Source: Oligoflexia bacterium (lineage in GTDB: Bacteria > Bdellovibrionota > UBA1018 > CAIMNF01). From it: a DNA stretch of 64,000 nucleotides. Below, one piece after another: positions 29,000 to 40,647 of the stretch. The position numbers were made by a program, and so were the translations under genes. The stretch lies in assembly GCA_903831745.1 (NCBI GenBank), contig CAIKYX010000103.1, positions 2,668-66,667 on the forward strand. The letters are read 5' to 3'. The notes below the pieces were generated by a model that was not told the origin of the DNA, did no database searches, and was given only the letters and a program-made list of their open reading frames with translations. Position 1 is the stretch's first letter. Each line of letters starts with the position of its first letter.

Positions 29000-30565
29000 T
29001 TATCGCAAGGCTTCTGTAAGAATTCGACCTTCGGATTGAGCAGGCGGAATGACCTCAAGAATTGACGACAGCGTTGGTGCGATGTCGACAATGCGGACAA
29101 TTTGACGGTAAGTTCCGGGCTTGAAAGTTTTTCCCCAAAGAATCAAAGGCACAAAACGATCGTAAGAATAATGGGTCATGTGAGTCATCGGATAGGTGTC
29201 ACTATAGAAGAACGGATTCAGCACGAGCAACATGTCTCCGCTCCGCAGCGAAAGCGTCCGATCCAAGACCCGGCCATATTCGCCCGCAGGCACTTTTCTT
29301 TGAAACATAATCTCGTCGCGAGCCCAAATCTGATCAATATATTTTTCCTTGAGCATTTTTGGTCGAATGGCTGTGACGGCATCAGCCGGAGATATTTTAG
29401 CCGAAGTCATTGAGTCAGCGTTGAAGTAGACTTGGAGCTCGACAATGCTCTCGACCCATTTTCCCGAATGTGGTTTTCCGAACTTATCGGTCATTGCGCT
29501 TTCAATAGACTGGGTAATGAGCTTGAGGTCGACATTTTCGCCAGGAATTTTTTCTTTCGGAAGGTTCTTAGGACTCGGAGGAATTCCGTGATCGCCGGTC
29601 AATACGACGAACACATTTTTCATGCCGCCCGGCACTCGTTTTGCAATTTCCTGAAGAAACGCTGCAATTTTCTTATCTTCCTGCAGGGTCATTTCTTTTA
29701 AGTTTGAATCATTTGGACCAAAACGATGCCCGAGGTAGTCATGGCTCGAAAGACTCACCGCGAGCAGATCGACGTCATTTCCACGCCCTAACTTCCATCC
29801 ATCCACTGCCGCAAGCGCAAGGTCGAAAGTTTTTTGAATTCCCCAAGGCGTCTGTAAAGATTCTGTAGAGCAATACTTCGCAGAATGATAGGGGCCCCAG
29901 TCCATCGTCTTATCCGAAAGCTCTTTGAGTTTCTTGTTTTCGCCTTTTACGAATTCCGGAAGTTCTTTTACGTAAAACGAGCTTGATACCCACTGGCAGG
30001 ATTTATCTTCAAGCCAGACCGCAATGTCCGCACGCTTGCCGCCCAACAAAACTGCTGCGCGATCCTTGATTGCCACCGAAACCACTCGCGAAGGACGATC
30101 GACGTTCTTCAGTTCGTCTCCCAGGGTGGTTGCATTAAAATTCTTGGGAGACATTCCCATTTTATCGGCAAGCGCTCCGTCTGAACCGATCAACTTTACC
30201 GATTCGTCTTCGACACAATATTCCGGACGCCCCTTTTCGCGATTAAACCAGGCATTGATACTGATTCCATTTCGATAGGGATAAGAACCCGACAAGATTC
30301 CTGCATGGCCTGGGCCTGTCATATTCTGAAACAACTCATGATCTGCGAGTGGAAAGTAAGCGCCTTGATCCATAAGGAAACGAAAGCCCCCGGTCGCCCC
30401 ACCTGCTTTGACGAACTCATCCTTGAAGCGCATCAGGTAATCGGCGCGAAACTGGTCGACCACTAGAACAATCCCCAAACGATAAGGAGTTGCAGCCTGG
30501 ACGTTCGAAATAAAAAGAAGGCTCAAGAAAAGGGGTGCGAGAGTTTTCAGCATGGTCTCATTCAA
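29000..30565 (-). CDS. secreted alkaline-phosphatase-superfamily phosphodiesterase/pyrophosphatase
   Basis: Signal peptide, VVDQFRADYL near the N-terminus, and metal motif VVLTGDHGIPP. Confidence 0.7.
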   Translation of the reverse strand: MNETMLKTLAPLFLSLLFISNVQAATPYRLGIVLVVDQFRADYLMRFKDEFVKAGGATGGFRFLMDQGAYFPLADHELFQNMTGPGHAGILSGSYPYRNGISINAWFNREKGRPEYCVEDESVKLIGSDGALADKMGMSPKNFNATTLGDELKNVDRPSRVVSVAIKDRAAVLLGGKRADIAVWLEDKSCQWVSSSFYVKELPEFVKGENKKLKELSDKTMDWGPYHSAKYCSTESLQTPWGIQKTFDLALAAVDGWKLGRGNDVDLLAVSLSSHDYLGHRFGPNDSNLKEMTLQEDKKIAAFLQEIAKRVPGGMKNVFVVLTGDHGIPPSPKNLPKEKIPGENVDLKLITQSIESAMTDKFGKPHSGKWVESIVELQVYFNADSMTSAKISPADAVTAIRPKMLKEKYIDQIWARDEIMFQRKVPAGEYGRVLDRTLSLRSGDMLLVLNPFFYSDTYPMTHMTHYSYDRFVPLILWGKTFKPGTYRQIVRIVDIAPTLSSILEVIPPAQSEGRILTEALR

Positions 30566-30753
30566 ATACTGATGCCTCCGGTTCGCAAGTCATTAATTGG
30601 TTATTCTTAAACATTACAACGAGTTAACGATATTGATTTATTAAATCGAAATCATTTAATTTTCTTCTTGCCTAATAAACTAAATTCGTGTAGAAACTGT
30701 CTTACACAAACCGTAGCAAAGACGGGCAAGAGAGAAATAGAGAGATGAAGGAA

Positions 30754-30793
30754 GCCGGGGTGACGAAAGTCGCCCCGGCCTTCTTCTTTTTTT
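30754..30793 (+). terminator. strong intrinsic terminator with no upstream plus-strand gene
   Basis: GCCGGGGTGAC-GAAA-GTCGCCCCGGC forms an 11-bp stem with one G-U pair and a GNRA loop, followed by CTTCTTCTTTTTTT. Confidence 0.7.
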
Positions 30794-30829
30794 ACTGACG
30801 CTTCTCAGTCTGTTGGGTATTTCTAATAT

Positions 30830-31999
30830 ATGGAAAAAACCCGAATCATTTCGTTCTCAAATCAGTCTCCGTCTGATCTTAAGCTACTTAAGCAATTCGT
30901 TGATTTTCATTGGAGCCATTACCAAAACGATCCCCAGTACATTCCCTTGCTCGACTACGAATATCTGGGCTCTAAACTGCTGGGCATGGTGGGCTATTTC
31001 GAACCCCGTAACTTTTTCTTCGAACACGGAGAATCGCAACAGTTTCTAGCCATGCAGGGTGACCGCATCGTGGGCCGCTGCAATGCCATGATCGATAAGA
31101 ATTACAACTCGCATTGGAAAGAAAAGTTGGGCTTCTTCGGAAACTTTGAATGCATTCAGGACGATTCAGTCGCGAAGGCACTGTTTGCGGCCGCCGAAGG
31201 CTGGGTTCGCTCGAAAGGAATGACCGCGATTCGCGGGCCACAGAGCTTTCCGATGAATGAGGCCACGCCAGGCTTTTTGATCGAAGGTTTTCAGTCCCGT
31301 CCGGTCATTTACTATCATTACAACAAACCTTATTACCAAGATCTTGCCAAGGCCGCAGGATACCAGGTGAAGAAAAACGTCCTTTCATGGGAAATCTCTG
31401 TTCAGCAGAATTCAATTCAGGAAAACCTCGATCGTTTGTCGAAAAAAATCATCGAGCGTTATGATGTCAAACTCGAAACTTGGGGCGAGCGCCCGCTTAA
31501 AGTCCGCAAAAAAGAAATGTTCGAGATCTACAATGACGCCTGGAATGATAATTTCGGTTTTGTTCCCTTCACAGAAAAGGAATTCAACAAGATCCTGGAC
31601 GATATGCAACTGGTCATGAACAAGAAATTGTTTGTGTTCGTCTATGTTAAAGGCGAGCCCGCCGCATTCTTCGGTGGCGTTCCGAATATTTTTGAAAACA
31701 TGGTTCCCAAGCCCGGATCAAAAAGGAACGAACTGATTCGAGCAGTTAAAATGATCCTGAAAAATTCGAAGATCAAAGGCTTTCGAATCGGCTACCTCGG
31801 AGTCAAAAAGAAGTTCCGCCACATGGGGCTAGATGGTGTCATGCTCTGGAAACAAAGCCAGGTTTCAAAAGCGCTGGGCTTTGAATATTCGGACATGGGT
31901 TGGGTCCTCGAAGACAATAAGCCTACCGTACGCCTCATTGAACGCTGCGGAGCGCTCCCTTCTAAGAAATACGCGATTTTTGAGAAATCCTTGATTTAA
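30830..31999 (+). CDS. GNAT-like acetyltransferase-fold protein
   Basis: 389 aa. The C-terminal region has a motif-A-like GVKKKFRHMGLDGVMLW. The family assignment is tentative. Confidence 0.45.
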   Translation: MEKTRIISFSNQSPSDLKLLKQFVDFHWSHYQNDPQYIPLLDYEYLGSKLLGMVGYFEPRNFFFEHGESQQFLAMQGDRIVGRCNAMIDKNYNSHWKEKLGFFGNFECIQDDSVAKALFAAAEGWVRSKGMTAIRGPQSFPMNEATPGFLIEGFQSRPVIYYHYNKPYYQDLAKAAGYQVKKNVLSWEISVQQNSIQENLDRLSKKIIERYDVKLETWGERPLKVRKKEMFEIYNDAWNDNFGFVPFTEKEFNKILDDMQLVMNKKLFVFVYVKGEPAAFFGGVPNIFENMVPKPGSKRNELIRAVKMILKNSKIKGFRIGYLGVKKKFRHMGLDGVMLWKQSQVSKALGFEYSDMGWVLEDNKPTVRLIERCGALPSKKYAIFEKSLI

Positions 32000-32038
32000 T
32001 TAAATAGAAATATCATCTAGTTACATAAATATTCAGAT

Positions 32039-32067
32039 TTGCTAACATTTTAATGACCGATTAAAAT
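32039..32067 (+). promoter_or_regulatory. candidate sigma-70 promoter, TTGCTA-N17-TAAAAT
   Basis: Lies 36 nt upstream of ATG 32104. The inverted repeat GGTCC-tatagg-GGACC (32081-32096) sits in the leader. Confidence 0.4.
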
Positions 32068-32103
32068 GATCAGGCATAATGGTCCTATAGGGGACCTTAC
32101 TAA

Positions 32104-34539
32104 ATGCACGCAAAGAAACCGAACCATTTTACGATCTTAAAAGCAGGCTTTCTCGTTTTCACTGTTTTTGCCATGGGCTGTTCGGCAAAAAAGGGGGGAT
32201 TAGGCAACGTCACCATCGAAGTCACTACTGATTCTTCAACCCCAGCGCCCACAGCAACCCCGACCCCTACCGCCACTCCATTTTTTTCGTTCCTGAACAT
32301 GCACAGTCTAATTTCGGCAGATGGAACTTATCCGGGCGGCGGACTTCTGATTTCTGGCGATGGCGCAAAACTCTACGGCATGACCTACAGTGGTGGCGCA
32401 AACGGAATGGGTACAATTTTTAGTTGCTCAACCAGTGACTGCGACGGAACCATGACCGTGCTCCATGATTTTGCAGGAGTCGATGGCGCAGCTGGCTATG
32501 GAAGCTTGATTTTTTCTCATGATGGAACTCTTTTGTACGGAATGACCCAATCGGGCGGAGTGACCGGCAACGGAAACATCTTTAGCTGCGCAGTCGACAA
32601 TTGCCATGCAACGATGACCAACCTTCATAGCTTCGACGGAACGGACGGAAACCTTCCTTTCGGCGACCTCACCCTTTCTTCAGACGGAAGCACACTTTAC
32701 GGAATGACCTATATGGGCGGCGACCATAGTTTCGGCAATATCTTTAAGTGTGCGGCAAACAATTGCGACTCGACTCTGGTCACCTTACATAGCTTTTCAG
32801 GCCTAGACGGTAAAATGCCTTTTGGAAACATCACGCTTTCTCAGGACGAAACCAAACTCTTCGGTTTTGCCAGCGCTGGCGGAACAGGCGGAATGGGAGT
32901 ATTGTTTCAGTGTACAACCAACAACTGCGATTCGACGCTGACCACTTATGCATTCGATAACACCGTGGGCTCAACCCCTTACGGTACCCTCACGCTTTCA
33001 TCCGACGGCAGCACTCTTTACGGAACTTCTTCGGCCGGCGGTGACAATAGCGAAGGATCCATTTTTAAATGTTCCAGCAGCAATTGCGTAGGCACCCTGA
33101 GCCTAGTTCACAGCTTTAATGGCGACGACGGATACAATGCCGGCGCGAACGTCGTCCTTTCTCCAGACAATCAATTCCTCTACGGAATGTCTATATCGGG
33201 CGGCACATACGGAAGCGGACAAATCTATAGTTGCTCAGTAAATGACTGCGACGCCACCCTGGCCATCCTGCACGAATTCAATGGTACCGACGGAAATTAT
33301 TCCGTGCCTTATAGTAACAGCCTCGTCATTTCACCAGACGGAAGCGCACTCTTTGGCATGACCTATAACGGAGGCGTCAGCAACCTCGGTAATATTTTCG
33401 GGCAATCGACCGCACAACCGGATTTTAGAAAACTGGTTCAATTCACAGGAACGGACGGAACTAATCCCATTTATTCCAAGCTACTGATTGTAGGTCAAAC
33501 CCTGTACGGCATGACGTCAGCAGGTGGCGCCAATGGCCAAGGAAACATCTTCTCTTGTGACAAAGATCATTGTCATCACACTTTAGCCACCCTTTATGAC
33601 TTTACCGGTGGAAATGATGGCGGTTCACCTTACGGTGGGCTGACGTTATCTCAGGACGCAACTACACTTTACGGAACCACTGGAGCAGGTGGAGCAGGCA
33701 GCATGGGCACCCTATTCAGCTGTTTGGCTGCGAATTGCGCAGCAACCTTTAGTGTCATTCATACCTTTTCAGGTGACGATGGCGCTAACCCTTATACCAC
33801 TCTCACACTTTCGAACGATGGAACCACCCTTTATGGTGTAACCGCCATGGGAGGAGGAAACGCCAATGGCGCCATCTTCTCGTGTCTCGCGGCGAATTGC
33901 GATGCAAGCTATACTTTACTTCACAGTTTTTCGGGACCGGACGGTCAAACTCCGATTGGCTCATTAGTCTTCTCTCCTGACGGTAGCACCATCTACGGAA
34001 GCACCGAGTACGGAGGAGCAAATGGAGACGGCACCGTCTACAGTTGCGCGACCAATAACTGCGATGCAACACTTGCTGTACTTCATCATTTTCATTTGAC
34101 GGTCGATGGACAATATCCTCAGGGAAAACTGGCAATCTCGTCGGACGGAAGTACCTTATATGGAATCACCCAGGGCGATGGGATGACTCATAATGGCGCA
34201 ATCTTCAGCATGCCGTCGGCAGGCGGAAGTTTTACCAAGCTGCATAACTTCTCTTTGGATGACGGTTCTGGTACCGATTGCTCTCTGATCTTGTCCGATG
34301 ATGGCACTACATTATACGGCCAGACCATGACTGGCGGAAACGCAACCAGCAATCAAGGAAGGCTTTTCAGCATTCCGGTTACCGGAGGCAGCCCTACTGT
34401 GCTTTATAATTTCACCGGAGGAAAAGACGGGGCGTATCCTACAGGTGGTTTAAGCCTTTCAAACGGCATTCTTTACGGAGCAACGGTTTACGGCGGAGCC
34501 TCGCATGATGGCGTGATCTTCGGATTCAAACTTCCGTAA
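32104..34539 (+). CDS. lipoprotein built of Gloeo_Verruco (GloVer)-like tandem repeats
   Basis: Lipobox FAMGCS and a PT-rich linker, then 14 repeats of about 54 aa of the type LHSFxGxDGxxPxGxLxLSxDGSTLYGMTxxGGxxGxGxIFSC. Confidence 0.8.
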   Translation: MHAKKPNHFTILKAGFLVFTVFAMGCSAKKGGLGNVTIEVTTDSSTPAPTATPTPTATPFFSFLNMHSLISADGTYPGGGLLISGDGAKLYGMTYSGGANGMGTIFSCSTSDCDGTMTVLHDFAGVDGAAGYGSLIFSHDGTLLYGMTQSGGVTGNGNIFSCAVDNCHATMTNLHSFDGTDGNLPFGDLTLSSDGSTLYGMTYMGGDHSFGNIFKCAANNCDSTLVTLHSFSGLDGKMPFGNITLSQDETKLFGFASAGGTGGMGVLFQCTTNNCDSTLTTYAFDNTVGSTPYGTLTLSSDGSTLYGTSSAGGDNSEGSIFKCSSSNCVGTLSLVHSFNGDDGYNAGANVVLSPDNQFLYGMSISGGTYGSGQIYSCSVNDCDATLAILHEFNGTDGNYSVPYSNSLVISPDGSALFGMTYNGGVSNLGNIFGQSTAQPDFRKLVQFTGTDGTNPIYSKLLIVGQTLYGMTSAGGANGQGNIFSCDKDHCHHTLATLYDFTGGNDGGSPYGGLTLSQDATTLYGTTGAGGAGSMGTLFSCLAANCAATFSVIHTFSGDDGANPYTTLTLSNDGTTLYGVTAMGGGNANGAIFSCLAANCDASYTLLHSFSGPDGQTPIGSLVFSPDGSTIYGSTEYGGANGDGTVYSCATNNCDATLAVLHHFHLTVDGQYPQGKLAISSDGSTLYGITQGDGMTHNGAIFSMPSAGGSFTKLHNFSLDDGSGTDCSLILSDDGTTLYGQTMTGGNATSNQGRLFSIPVTGGSPTVLYNFTGGKDGAYPTGGLSLSNGILYGATVYGGASHDGVIFGFKLP
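32299..34536 (+). repeat. 14 in-frame coding tandem repeats of about 160 bp (protein-level GloVer-like units)
   Basis: The periodicity is directly visible in the translation. The repeats are diverged at the DNA level. Confidence 0.85.
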
Positions 34540-34541
34540 AT

Positions 34542-36092
34542 CTAAAGCGTCAGTTCCTTGATAAAAAAGTAACCAATCGGATTCAGATAAAATCCCTTTA
34601 CGCTCTTGCTGACCAGGGTTTCGTTCTCTTCGTAATAAAGCGGAACGATCGCCGCTTCTTTTAATTGCAGCACTTCCTGGGCTTCTTTATAGAGCTTGTC
34701 GCGCTTCAGAGTGTTCCAATCTTCGCGCGCCTTCTTCATGTTTTCATCGAACTTATCATTCGAGAAGTGGGTCATGTTATTACCTGTTCCGGTTTCGAAG
34801 AGCCCGAGAAACGAGTCGCCGTCCGGATAGTCGCCCGCCCAACGCATGAGCATCAGGGGATGATTGTGGGTTAATAATTCATTCCTGAAGATACGGTTCT
34901 CGACTAGCTGGATCTGAACATTCAACCCCAGATTTTTCTTCAGATCACTTTGAATATCCTGGCAAACAATTCGCGGACGATCGCTGTTTGCAGCAGCAAT
35001 GACGATTTCCTGATTCGGATCAACGCCCGACTTCTTCAAATATTCTTTTGCGAGCTTTACATCAAAAGGAACACTGAGCTTTGGATCATAGCCTACCACG
35101 CGAGGAGGAATGAACGAAGTCGCCATTTTTTGCGAACCATTCAGGATACTCAAGAGATAATTACGGTCGATCGCATGAGCAATCGCCTGCCTGAAATTGA
35201 CGTTTTCAGCAACCGAGCCCTTTACCCGAAACGCCAGGTAATACGTTTTCAAATACGGAAACGTCTTATACTCGGGCATCGGACGGGCCATCTTCAGATC
35301 ATCGGGCGAAAAATCCTGCATCATCTGAATACCGCCAGCCTTGAACACATTCATTGCGGTCGAACTGTCTTTGATGATCTGAGCCACGGCCTCGGTTACA
35401 TTTCCGATTTTCCGCCAATAAAACGGATTGGCCTTCATGACGATCTTGTTTTGCTTCTGGTAACTATCGAGATTGTACGCACCGATCGTCTGCATTTTTC
35501 CGGCGGTCGCCCATTGAGCACCAAACTTATCGATGAGATCCTTACGGACCGGAAACATTGGCCAAAAACCGACCAGGTATTGAAAGTAAGCCACTGGCTT
35601 CTTGAGGGTCACCACCAGAGTCATGTCGTTTTTTGCGGTCACACCTACCGTTGCAAAATCAGTGGTTTTCTTTTTGTTGAATTCTTCCGCACCCACCAAA
35701 TCGAAGGCAAGATAAGCATACGGAGCAGCAGTGGCAGGATCGAGAAGTCGTTTCCAGCCTTCAACGAAATCCTGAGCTTTCAGCGGCACGCCATCCGACC
35801 ATTTTACCCCTTTTCGAATGGTAAAGGTGTAAGTCTTCTGATCCTTGCTGATGTCGACTTTTTCTGCAGCGCAAGGAACCGGTTTTAAATTCTTATCAAT
35901 TTCGGTCAACCCTTCCATAAGATTCATCATCAAGGGAGTTTCGACGGCCGTGGTTGCCTGATGCCAGTCAAACGAAGCCGGCTCGGCGAGAAGGCGAAAT
36001 TTAAAAATAGAGGCCTGACTGACGACGGGTAATAAAAGCAAAAGCCCGAGAAAAAGAGACGAAATAAATGGTCTGATCATAGGCAAAATCAT
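34542..36092 (-). CDS. ABC transporter substrate-binding protein, family 5 (peptide/nickel type)
   Basis: 516 aa with a signal peptide and OppA/DppA-like sequence (TFTIRKGVKWSDG, YNLDSY). An alternative start exists at 36080. Confidence 0.8.
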   Translation of the reverse strand: MILPMIRPFISSLFLGLLLLLPVVSQASIFKFRLLAEPASFDWHQATTAVETPLMMNLMEGLTEIDKNLKPVPCAAEKVDISKDQKTYTFTIRKGVKWSDGVPLKAQDFVEGWKRLLDPATAAPYAYLAFDLVGAEEFNKKKTTDFATVGVTAKNDMTLVVTLKKPVAYFQYLVGFWPMFPVRKDLIDKFGAQWATAGKMQTIGAYNLDSYQKQNKIVMKANPFYWRKIGNVTEAVAQIIKDSSTAMNVFKAGGIQMMQDFSPDDLKMARPMPEYKTFPYLKTYYLAFRVKGSVAENVNFRQAIAHAIDRNYLLSILNGSQKMATSFIPPRVVGYDPKLSVPFDVKLAKEYLKKSGVDPNQEIVIAAANSDRPRIVCQDIQSDLKKNLGLNVQIQLVENRIFRNELLTHNHPLMLMRWAGDYPDGDSFLGLFETGTGNNMTHFSNDKFDENMKKAREDWNTLKRDKLYKEAQEVLQLKEAAIVPLYYEENETLVSKSVKGFYLNPIGYFFIKELTL

Positions 36093-36128
36093 AACCGAAT
36101 GATTTTAAAAGCGCTAGCCGGCGATTGA

Positions 36129-38177
<2,049 letters not shown>

Positions 38178-38210
38178 GCATGAATTGTGTTTAATTAAAC
38201 GATTCCCCGA

Positions 38211-38239
38211 TTGACACAGGTAGGCCCGGACGATATTAA
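38211..38239 (+). promoter_or_regulatory. near-consensus sigma-70 promoter, TTGACA-N17-TATTAA, placed for a leaderless or very short-leader mRNA
   Basis: The -10 ends 8 nt before ATG 38248. The gap (cggcggcg) has no SD. Confidence 0.5.
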
Positions 38240-38247
38240 CGGCGGCG

Positions 38248-38475
38248 ATGAAAAATTTAATTGCGTTAATGATGATGGGTGCGACTACGTTATTGTCTTC
38301 TGGATGCGGTAAAAACGAAAAGATGTCCTACGACCTGACTGAAAATGGCTGTGCCACCGGTAAGCATGAGTTCGACTCTAAAGATGCCTATTGTGCCGGA
38401 CTAAAGGACGAAGCACTGAATCAAGGTTGCGCATCCGATCTTCGCCAAGCCCGCGTCACCGCAGACTGTAGCTAA
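38248..38475 (+). CDS. small Cys-rich lipoprotein
   Basis: 75 aa with lipobox LLSSGC and four further Cys. Confidence 0.6.
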   Translation: MKNLIALMMMGATTLLSSGCGKNEKMSYDLTENGCATGKHEFDSKDAYCAGLKDEALNQGCASDLRQARVTADCS

Positions 38476-38486
38476 AGAATAAGGCA

Positions 38487-40607
38487 TTAAAGCTCTAAAC
38501 TGAGTAAGCGCACTCTTCTGATCAAATCGCGCATTTCGGCTGCTTTTTCGAATTCGAGGTTCTTAGCCGCCTCTTTCATTTCGACTTCCATTTTCTTAAG
38601 CACCTGTGGAATTTTCTCGAGTGACACGAAGCGACTACCGAGAAGATTTTTCACTGCATCGGCCCGCGACAACTCATCGACATAATCGAGCATGACCAAA
38701 TCAGGGGCCGCCCCCGGTACTGTTTTCAGTCCGGATTTTACCCCACCCTTGGCAACCGCACTTGGCCAAAGCCCTTGTCCTAAAATCTGGTCTTCGTCAG
38801 TTCGGATATTATCCCTGATTTTCTTTTGAATCGTGGTCGGTTGAATCGAATGCTCGGTATTATGAGCTTCCTGAATCGCTCGACGTCGCTTCGTCTCGGC
38901 CATAGCAATCTGCATGCTCGGTGTAACCTTATCGGCATAAAGGATCACAAAGCCGTTTGAATTTCGGGCCGCGCGACCAATAGTCTGAATCAGCGATCGC
39001 TCGGAACGCAAGAAACCTTCCTTATCCGCATCCAGAATCGCCACCATCGAAACTTCGGGCAAATCAAGACCTTCTCGCAAAAGATTGATTCCAATCAGGA
39101 CATCAAAAACGCCCAGACGCAAGTCGCGCAGAATTTCGATGCGCTCGAGCGTTTCTATATCCGAGTGCAGGTACTTGACCTTGATTTTTTTCTCGGTGTA
39201 ATACTTTGCCAGATCTTCAGACAAACGCTTGGTCAGTGTGGTCACCAGCACGCGCTCGTTTCGTTCGATCCGCACACGAATCTCGCTCAGCAAATCATCG
39301 ATCTGATTCTGCGCTCCTCGCACTTCGACGATCGGATCGAGCAAACCGGTGGGACGAATCACTTGTTGTACGGATTTGCCTTCAGTCAGTGTCAATTCAT
39401 AAGCACCGGGAGTTGCTGAAACGTAGATCGTCTGATTGAGCATCCCTTCCCACTCCGGAAAATTAAGTGGACGATTATCGAGAGCAGACGGCAAGCGGAA
39501 TCCATGTTCGACCAGATTCATTTTTCGCGCACGATCGCCCCGATACATTCCACCAATCTGTGGCACACTGACGTGACTCTCATCCACAAAACAAAGCCAA
39601 TCATCTGGAAAATAATCAATCAGGGTGGGCGGCGCCTCACCGGGTTTTCGACCCGTCATGTGACGCGAGTAATTTTCAATTCCCTGACAAAATCCGATCT
39701 GCTCCATCATCTCGAGATCATACTGAGTTCTCTGGGCCAGTCGCTGGGCTTCGAGCAATCGGTTTTGTGCATTCAAAACTCCGAGATGTTCACGAAGCTC
39801 TTCTCGAATCGAATCCATCGCGCGCTTGCGGTGTTCGGGAGTCGTCACATAGTGACTGGCCGGATAAAGTGTCACTCGCGGTATCCTTTCGTAGCGGGTT
39901 CCGCGTAATGGATCAAATGTCGAAATCGCCTCGAGCTCATCACCAAAGAATTCGAGCCGGACCGCCACATCTTCTTCGTACGCCGGATAAACCTCAACCA
40001 CTTCACCCCGGACCCTAAAAGTTCCTCGGTGAAAATCGATGTCGTTACGTTTGTATTGAATCTCGAGAAGTTTCTTGAGCACGTTCTGACGGTTATATTC
40101 TTTGCCGACTTCTAACCACAGAATCATTCCCTCATACGCCTCGGGACTACCGAGACCATAAATACAAGAAATCGACGATACGATAATGACATCATTTCGT
40201 TCGAGCAAAGAACGCGTGGCCGAATGCCTGAGTTTGTCGATCTCTTCGTTGATTTGTGAATCTTTTTCGATATAGGTATCGGTCGTCGGAATGTAGGCTT
40301 CGGGCTGATAATAGTCGTAATAACTGACGAAGTACTCGACCGCATTGTCCGGAAAAAATTCGAGAAACTCTGAGTACGTTTGGGCCGCGAGCGTTTTGTT
40401 GTGGCAGAGAATCAGCGTCGGTCGATTGACCTGAGCAATGACATTCGCCATGGTAAATGTCTTGCCCGATCCCGTTACCCCGAGCAACACCTGCGAAGCT
40501 TTCTTTTCATTCAAGCCACGCACCAATGCTTCGATCGCCAGGGGCTGGTCTCCGGTTGGCTGAAAAGGCGTTGCGAGCTTGAATTTTTTGTCTGTAAAGA
40601 CCGGCAT
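38487..40607 (-). CDS. uvrB: excinuclease ABC subunit B
   Basis: Motifs [12 protein letters not shown] and DESH, helicase motifs, and a C-terminal UVR domain ([15 protein letters not shown]). Confidence 0.95.
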   Translation of the reverse strand: MPVFTDKKFKLATPFQPTGDQPLAIEALVRGLNEKKASQVLLGVTGSGKTFTMANVIAQVNRPTLILCHNKTLAAQTYSEFLEFFPDNAVEYFVSYYDYYQPEAYIPTTDTYIEKDSQINEEIDKLRHSATRSLLERNDVIIVSSISCIYGLGSPEAYEGMILWLEVGKEYNRQNVLKKLLEIQYKRNDIDFHRGTFRVRGEVVEVYPAYEEDVAVRLEFFGDELEAISTFDPLRGTRYERIPRVTLYPASHYVTTPEHRKRAMDSIREELREHLGVLNAQNRLLEAQRLAQRTQYDLEMMEQIGFCQGIENYSRHMTGRKPGEAPPTLIDYFPDDWLCFVDESHVSVPQIGGMYRGDRARKMNLVEHGFRLPSALDNRPLNFPEWEGMLNQTIYVSATPGAYELTLTEGKSVQQVIRPTGLLDPIVEVRGAQNQIDDLLSEIRVRIERNERVLVTTLTKRLSEDLAKYYTEKKIKVKYLHSDIETLERIEILRDLRLGVFDVLIGINLLREGLDLPEVSMVAILDADKEGFLRSERSLIQTIGRAARNSNGFVILYADKVTPSMQIAMAETKRRRAIQEAHNTEHSIQPTTIQKKIRDNIRTDEDQILGQGLWPSAVAKGGVKSGLKTVPGAAPDLVMLDYVDELSRADAVKNLLGSRFVSLEKIPQVLKKMEVEMKEAAKNLEFEKAAEMRDLIRRVRLLSLEL

Positions 40608-40647
40608 GAGCCTATTCTACTTGAGAATCATCTGATAAGGTAGAGAC

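Noticed and set aside
30745-30798. A 17-aa ORF, MKEAGVTKVAPAFFFFY, that looks like a Phe-rich leader peptide of a pheA/pheS-type attenuator.
   Set aside because: The four Phe codons are simply the terminator T-tract read in frame. They lie after the hairpin rather than before it, and the downstream gene is not related to Phe metabolism.
34950-35888. A 312-aa ORF antisense to the substrate-binding protein gene. Similar long antisense ORFs occur at 15607-16224, 22969-23688, 49255-49848, 55033-55671 and 62868-63431.
   Set aside because: In every case the opposite strand encodes a protein with clear family motifs (SBP, MFS, Lon, ClpX, SpeA). The antisense translations are low-information and rich in R/L/F/I, with no motifs. 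Their recurrence points to codon-usage-driven stop depletion in one antisense frame rather than overlapping genes.
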